This document shows positions 57,613 to 64,000 of a stretch of DNA of 64,000 nt, piece after piece. The first letter of the stretch is position 1. Each line of letters opens with the position of its first letter. The stretch comes from the human T2T-CHM13v2.0 reference genome, Homo sapiens, in NCBI RefSeq assembly GCF_009914755.1, contig NC_060945.1; one strand, written 5' to 3'. The notes below the pieces were generated by a model. That model was not told where the DNA came from, made no database searches, and saw nothing but the letters and a program-made list of their open reading frames with translations. The translations under genes and the position numbers were made by a program.

Positions 57613-57631
57613 TTGCCACCAGAGGGCACTA
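57613..57631 (+). promoter_or_regulatory. CTCF core motif
   Basis: TTGCCACCAGAGGGCACTA versus consensus TGGCCACCAGGGGGCGCTA, in unique AT-rich DNA. Confidence 0.65.
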
Positions 57632-58314
57632 CTGCTCTTTACAAACCAAGTTTTAGCAATAACAAATACTGAAGATTTAATGGCTAGGGGGTCGACGTGG
57701 CAAATTTGGATATGCATATGAAATGCTCCAAAAATAATAAATTCATTAAAGTTAATATTATTTATCAGACAGTTTACGAACTGAGCACTGAAACTGCCAT
57801 TCCCATCAACCCAATTTGACTAGTCTTTGATATGTACATGCGGGACAAAAAATACACATAAAGGAAAATATATTTATGGCATTTCAGTTACTTTACTCAG
57901 ATAAATTATCTCATATATTCATTGTAAAGAAGGATTCTGCACCTCTTAATATAAAATAATAATGTGAATAATAAGCTGGGTACATAGATTAACATCTCTT
58001 TGAAGTGCTGTGATGTATTTACACATATGCAATTTATATTCATAACACAGTATAAATTCATGCATACACATCCACAGCGAGAAGGGAGACAAGTAGTATA
58101 ATCACCAATTTAAAAAGGAAGAAATTGAGGTGCAGAATGTCATAGCTTACCTAAATCACAGAGCAGCTAGGGTGTAATACGTATTTGTGTATGTGCACAC
58201 ATAGGGGCAAAAATGGGGACAAAATATTATTTCTCTACAATGGAATTATTCACCATTAAATAATGTATAATATACACATATAACATACACATTTTGGAGA
58301 GAGAAAATAAACCT

Positions 58315-58387
58315 TAATTATTATGTTTTGTTAATAGTAATTATTATGTTTGTTAATAGTAACTAATTATTATGTTTTGTCAATAGT
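58315..58387. repeat. Three-copy minisatellite TAATTATTATGTTTTGTTAATAG
   Basis: Read directly from the sequence; 22-26 bp period. Confidence 0.9.
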
Positions 58388-58559
58388 TATCATTAAAAAA
58401 ATCCTTGCTGTACTTACTATGAACTGAAAATCAAATAACTAACAGAAATGTAAGCCATATCCTTTGATGTAAAACAAGAAAAATAGAATTAAGTGAATAT
58501 GATGCATATGCCAAAACAACACACATAGCATCGTTTTATGTGAAAAATATGCTGTTATA

Positions 58560-59520
58560 CAGAATTTAGGAGATCACTGTGAGTTGCAGTAAACTAAAAG
58601 TGTTCTATGCAGAAGATGGAACTGTAATGTGATCTTTACATTTTAGCAAAATTCAGATAGGTGGTGAGGGCATTATAGCATGAGAAAAGGCTCGGAGATC
58701 CTGATGTTCCAGACACATATGGTGGCAGTTCATATTTAAATCTGGCTGGAGAAGGGGTAAGGAGAAATAATTGGAGGAATCTAGAAAGATATATCAGAAA
58801 CAGCTTGTGTGTGATTTTGAACTCCAGTCTTGGTTGCCTTGGTGTGATGAAAACTATTTATATCAGCTGTGTGACATGATCAATGAGCAGCGTTTAGGGT
58901 GATTAACCTATTTGCAAGACAAGCAGAAACTTTAGTGAGAGACGACCTGTGAAGAATCTGTTCCACAGAACGAACTTGAGAGGTATGAGCCTTCATTAGG
59001 ATAATGGTGACAGATGTGGAAAGGGAAGGACTAAAATAGACATCATTTAGAAATATGAAACAGGATGGATTTTAATCACAGAAAAGGGGGGAAGATAAGA
59101 AATGGTCATGAGAATTTAAGCCTAGAGAACATGAAGAGAAAGCAGATTTGCACCAAAAAGACACAAAAAATTCAGTTCAGTTTTAGATATTTTAAGATGT
59201 CTTTCATTTGTTTAAATATAATGATTCTCCTTAGAGATGCAAAGCAGAAAAAAGTTAGATTGTCAGTATAGATTTAAAAACTTATATTTAAAAATGTTAA
59301 TTTAACCAGAAGGAGGAGATTAATTTCTGAGCGAAGAGAAAATGGGAAATAAGGGATTAAGGGCCAAAAATGTGAGTTAATCCACATTTTATGTTAGAGA
59401 AAGAATAGTCACCACTGAAATATTTAAAATAATTATCTTAGATGTGTATGGGAGATGAAATATGAATTCACCAGAGCCAAAGAATAAGGGATTCCCTGAA
59501 GTAAAATTCCAAAAACAGGA
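58560..59520 (-). mobile_element. Degenerate L2 (L2b/c-like)
   Basis: Purine-rich; GTGTGACATGATCAA, ATAAGAAATGGTCATGAGAATTTAAGCCTAGAG and AGTTCAGTTTTAGATATTTTAAG resemble reverse L2. Confidence 0.55.
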
Positions 59521-60051
59521 CAAGGGGGTAGGAAAGATATCATGGAATGAATTAAGAACAGGTCAAGGCCATATTGGAAATTGTCATTTTATCAAAGTTT
59601 TGGGGAAATAAGTCAAGTGTTGGTGGGTTTGCAGTGGAGAAACAGGCAAACAACTGCTTGAGAATCGAGGCAGTAAAATGAAATCAAATAGGAAATTAGG
59701 ATTAAAGTGTTCACTGTTAGGGTTAAATCTTGTGTTATAATATTTAGAAAACACAGGATGATAGTATTTAGGATACAGCATGGAATGCTTTTAACCAAAC
59801 AAGAAAAAGAAAGAAGAGAAATGAAATATCCAAAATAAAGAGAATAATTGAAAGACAAAATGTCAGAGGAGATAGAGGGATGGAGGACGTAGGGCTGAAG
59901 GGACAGCCATGGAAAGCTGTGATAATATAATTTGATAGCCCTGAAGAGAAGTGTTATACTAAGGCTTAGACGGGGATGTTCTCAGCTATCTGAAATCTAT
60001 TGTGAAATTACATGTGGAACAAGCCAATTAAGAAAAAACCAAGATAGTTTT

Positions 60052-62340
60052 CATCATATAAACAGAACCAGTGTCAAAACCCACATGATTATCTCAATAG
60101 ATGCAGAAAGGGCCTTGAATAAAATTCAACACTCCATCATGCAAAAAACTCTCATTAAACTAGGTATTGATGGAACATATCTCAAAATAATAAGAGCTAT
60201 TTACGACAAACCCACAGCCAATATCATACTGAATGGGCAAAAGCTGGAAGCATTCCCTTTGAAAACCGGCACAAGACAAGGATGCCCCCTCTCACCACTC
60301 CTATTCAACATAGTATTGGAAGTTCCGCCCAGGGAAATCAGGCAAGAGAAAGGAATAAAGGGTATTCAAATAGGAAGAGATGAAGTCAAATTGTCCCTCT
60401 TTGCAGATGACATGATTGTGTATTTAGAAAATCCCATCATCTCAGCCCCAAATCTCCTTAAGCTGATAAGCAACTTCAGCAATGTCTCAGGATACAAAAT
60501 CAATGTGCAAAAACCACAAGCATTCCTATACACCAATAATAGACAGAGAGCCAAATCATGAGTGAACTCCCATTCACAATTGCTACAAAAAGAATAAAAT
60601 ACCTAGGAATACAACTTAAAGGGATGTGAAGGACCTCTTCATGGAGAACTACAAACCACCGCTCAAGGAAATAAAAGAGGACACAAACAAACGGAAAAAC
60701 ATTCCACGCTCATGGATAAGAAGAATCAATATCGTGAAAATGGTCATACTGCCCGAAGTGATTTATAGATTTAATGCTATCCCTATCAAGCGATCATTGA
60801 TTTTCTTCACAGAATTAGAAAAAACTACTTTAAATTTCATATGGAACCAAAGGAGAGGCAGCATAGCCAAGAAAATCCTAAGCAAAAGGAACAAAGCTAG
60901 AGACATCAGCTACTGGACTTCAAACTATGCTACAAGGCTACAGTAACCAAAACAGCATGGTACTGGTACCAAAACAGATATATAGACCAATGGAACAGAA
61001 CAGAGGCTTCAGAAATAATGCCCCACCTCTATAACCATCTGATCTTTGACAAACCTGACAAAAACAGGCAATGGGGAAAGGATTTCCTATTTAATAAATA
61101 GTGTTGGGAAAACTGGCTAGCCATATGCTGAAACTGGCTAGCCAAAGTGAAACTGGACCCCTTCCTTACACCTTATACAAAAATTAACTCATGATGAATT
61201 AAAGAGTTAAACGTAAGGCCTAAAACCATAAAAACTCTAGAAGAAAACCTAGGCAATACCATTCAGGACATAGGCATGGGCAAACACTTCATGACTGAAA
61301 CACCAAAAACAATGGAAACAAAAGCCAAAATGGACAAATGGGATCTGTTTAAACTAAAGAGCTTCTGCACAGCAAAAGAAACTGTCATCAGAGTGAACAG
61401 GCAACCTGCAGAATGGGAGAAAATTTTTGCAATCTATCCATCTGACTGAGGGCTAATATCTAGAATCTACAAGGAACTTAAATATATTTACAAGAAAAAA
61501 ACAACCCCATCAAAAAGTGGGCAAAGGATATGAACAGACACTTCTCAAAAGAAGACATTTATGTGGCCAACAAACATGAAAAAAAGCATATCATCACTAG
61601 TCGTTAGAGAAATGCAAATTAAAACCACAATGAGATACCATCTCATGCCAGTTAGAATGGCAGTCTTTAAAAAGTCAGAAAACAACAGATGCTGGAGAGG
61701 ATGTGGAGAAATAGGAATGCTTTTACACTGTTGGTGGGATTGTAAGTCAGTTCAACCATTGTGGAAGACAGTGTGGTGATTCCTCAAGGATCTAGAACCA
61801 GAAATACCATTTGACCCAGCAATCCCATTACTGCATATATACCCAAAAGATTATGAATCATTCTACTATAAAGACACATGCACACATATGTTCACTGCAG
61901 CTCTATTCACAATAGCAAAGACTTGGAACCAACCCAAATGTCCATCAATGATAGACTGGATAAAGAAAATGTAGCACATATACACCATGGAATACTATGC
62001 AGCCATGAAAAAGGTGAATTTATGTCCTTTGCAGGGACATGGATGAAGCTGGAAACCATCATTCTCAGCAAACTATCACAGGAACAGAAAAACCAAACAC
62101 CACATGTTCTCACTCATAAGTGGGAGTTGAACAATGAGAACACATGCACGCAGGGAGGGGAACATCACACACTGGGGCCTGTCAGAGGGTGGGTGGCTAG
62201 GTGAGGGATAGCATTAGGAGAAATATCTAATGTAGATGATGGGTTGATGGGTGCAGCAAACCACCATGGCATGCGTATACCTATGTAACAAACCTGCAAG
62301 TTCTGCACATGTATCCCAGAACTTAAAGTATAATAAAATA
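60052..62340 (+). mobile_element. L1PA7-like LINE-1, 5'-truncated within the RT domain
   Basis: ORF2 remnants HHINRT...[14 protein letters not shown] and [18 protein letters not shown]; 3'UTR; ends AGAACTTAAAGTATAATAA; local duplication of AAACTGGCTAGCCA near 61110-61144. Confidence 0.95.
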
Positions 62341-62343
62341 TAC

Positions 62344-62349
<6 letters not shown>

Positions 62350-62382
<33 letters not shown>
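62350..62382. repeat. (TA)n microsatellite at the L1 tail
   Basis: Read directly from the sequence. Confidence 0.95.
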
Positions 62383-62385
<3 letters not shown>

Positions 62386-62989
62386 TTAGATGGAAACATG
62401 GATTAGTAAACAAATTTATATCTTTTATAGTTTCGTCATACTACAAACAAAAACTATTTCCAGAATTTTGACTAATTAAAGGTACTGAGAATAAAATTTC
62501 ATTTTACTGCAAGAAAAAAAAAGAACAGCTACTAACCATGGTGCCAAGGATTTCAATCCAAGGTTTTCAATGATGATATTAAAAGCATAGGAAACAGTGA
62601 AGCAGAGAAGCAGCTTGGTTGTGGACTTATTTTGTTTAAGGTTATAATACATATATTAGCCATTTTATATTGGATGCTTACAAGATTTAAGATATATTTA
62701 CTACTACTTCACTGAATTTTCAGGAAGAAAAACTGATGCCTCATCTTATAAGGTATTGACTGTTATCTAGGTCTAAATATAATTAAATTCTATTTTATAA
62801 TGTTTAAGGTTCAAGTAGTAGAATATTATCATGGATTTCTTCTGGTAGTTAAAACAACGCAACTCTTTTAAGACAGAGCCATTTTATACATAATTACGGT
62901 TTTAAAAATCTTAATTTTGATCTACCACAGACATGTATTTTTACTAGTATGAGTTCAATAACGCAGGAAGTACCACCAATGTTTCTTTT

Positions 62990-64000
62990 TTAAAAAACAA
63001 TGATTGACATGTAATAATTATACATATTTATGGGGCACAGCATGATGTTTTGGTACATTTATACTTTGTGTACTCATAAAACAGGGTAATTAGCATTTCT
63101 ATCATCTTAAACATTTATCATTTCTTTGTGATGAGAACATTCAAAATGTCTATTCTCATTATTTTGAAATAGGCAATACACTGTTGTTAGCACTAACCAT
63201 CTTACTATACAATGGAGCACCAGAGCTTCCTCCTCCTATGCAACTGTAATTTGGTATCCATTGACCAATCTCTCTCTAGCCCTCTGGTAACTACTGTTCT
63301 AGTCTTTACTTACATGAGAACTACATTTCAGATGCCTCATATGAGTGAGATCATATGATATTTGTCTTTCTGTGCCTGTGTTATTTCACTTAATATAGTG
63401 TCCTTCCAGTTAATCCATGTTTACCACAAATGACAGAATTTCATTTTTTTTTTCTATGGCTGAATAGTATTCTATTGTGTATACATACCACATTTTCCTT
63501 ATTCATTTTTCAGTTGAGGGACATATTGGTTGATTCCATATCTTGGCTATTACGAACAGTGCTGAAATAAACATAGGAGTGCAGATATCTTTTTGACATA
63601 CTCATTTCATTTCATTTGGATATATACCCAGTAGTGGGATTGCTGGATTACATGGTAGTTTTATTTTTAATTTCTTGAGGGAAATTTAATCTGTTTTCCA
63701 TAATGGCTGTACTAATTTCCACTCCCACCAGCAGTGTGTAAAAGTTGTCTTTTCTTAGCAACTTCATCCATACTTATCTTTTAATGTTTTAATGGTAGCC
63801 ATTCTAACTTGAGTGAGGTGATATCTCATTATAGTTTTCACTTAAATTTTTCAGATGATTAGTGATGTTGAGTATGTTTTTTTCATATACCTGTTGGCCA
63901 TTTGTATGTCTTCTTTCAAGAAATGTCTGTTCAGGTCTCTTGATTATTTCTTAATCAAGTTATTTGTTTATTTGTTGTTGAGTTGTTTAAATTCCTTATA
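62990..64000 (-). mobile_element. L1MA (L1MA4/5-like) 3' end, continuing beyond the window
   Basis: ATTGACATGTAATAATTATACATATTTATGGGG...ATACCCAGTAGTGGGATTGCTGGATTACATGGTAG. Confidence 0.92.

Noticed and set aside
58315-58387. Short repeat arrays (also 9519-9607 and 1330-1843) as CRISPR-like
   Set aside because: Tandem units without unique spacers, in primate DNA with no cas genes
59932-60561. 209-aa chimeric ORF
   Set aside because: Non-ATG start in flanking DNA running by chance into the truncated L1 RT frame; frameshifted at 60.54 kb

Overview
AT-rich, repeat-dense catarrhine primate DNA (most likely human; contains AluY and L1PA elements), with the character of a large intron or gene desert. 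I recognise no host protein-coding exon, RNA gene or CpG island. Every long ORF in the track comes from broken LINE-1, Alu or LTR sequence, or is chance. The repeats are: L1PA, L1MA, L1MB, L1MC and L1ME fragments; eight Alus and a FLAM; solo LTRs (THE1, MLT1, MLT2, MER39B-like, LTR33/41-like); DNA transposon relics (MADE1, MER5A, Tigger4a, MER1B); MIR; L2; and microsatellites. I found no convincing new biological system. The best leads are: (1) three L1PA7-like copies that share private substitutions, including loss of the RT KAFD motif, suggesting local DNA-level copying; (2) several rearranged L1 structures, namely a 5'UTR-to-3'end mini-L1, a twin-primed inversion and a probable ~0.9 kb genomic inversion; (3) a strong 33-nt plus-strand microexon candidate followed by a hairpin; (4) a TGCATG-rich array just upstream of a candidate non-coding exon; and (5) a near-consensus CTCF site. 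Subfamily names come from recalled consensus sequences and need RepeatMasker/Dfam confirmation.
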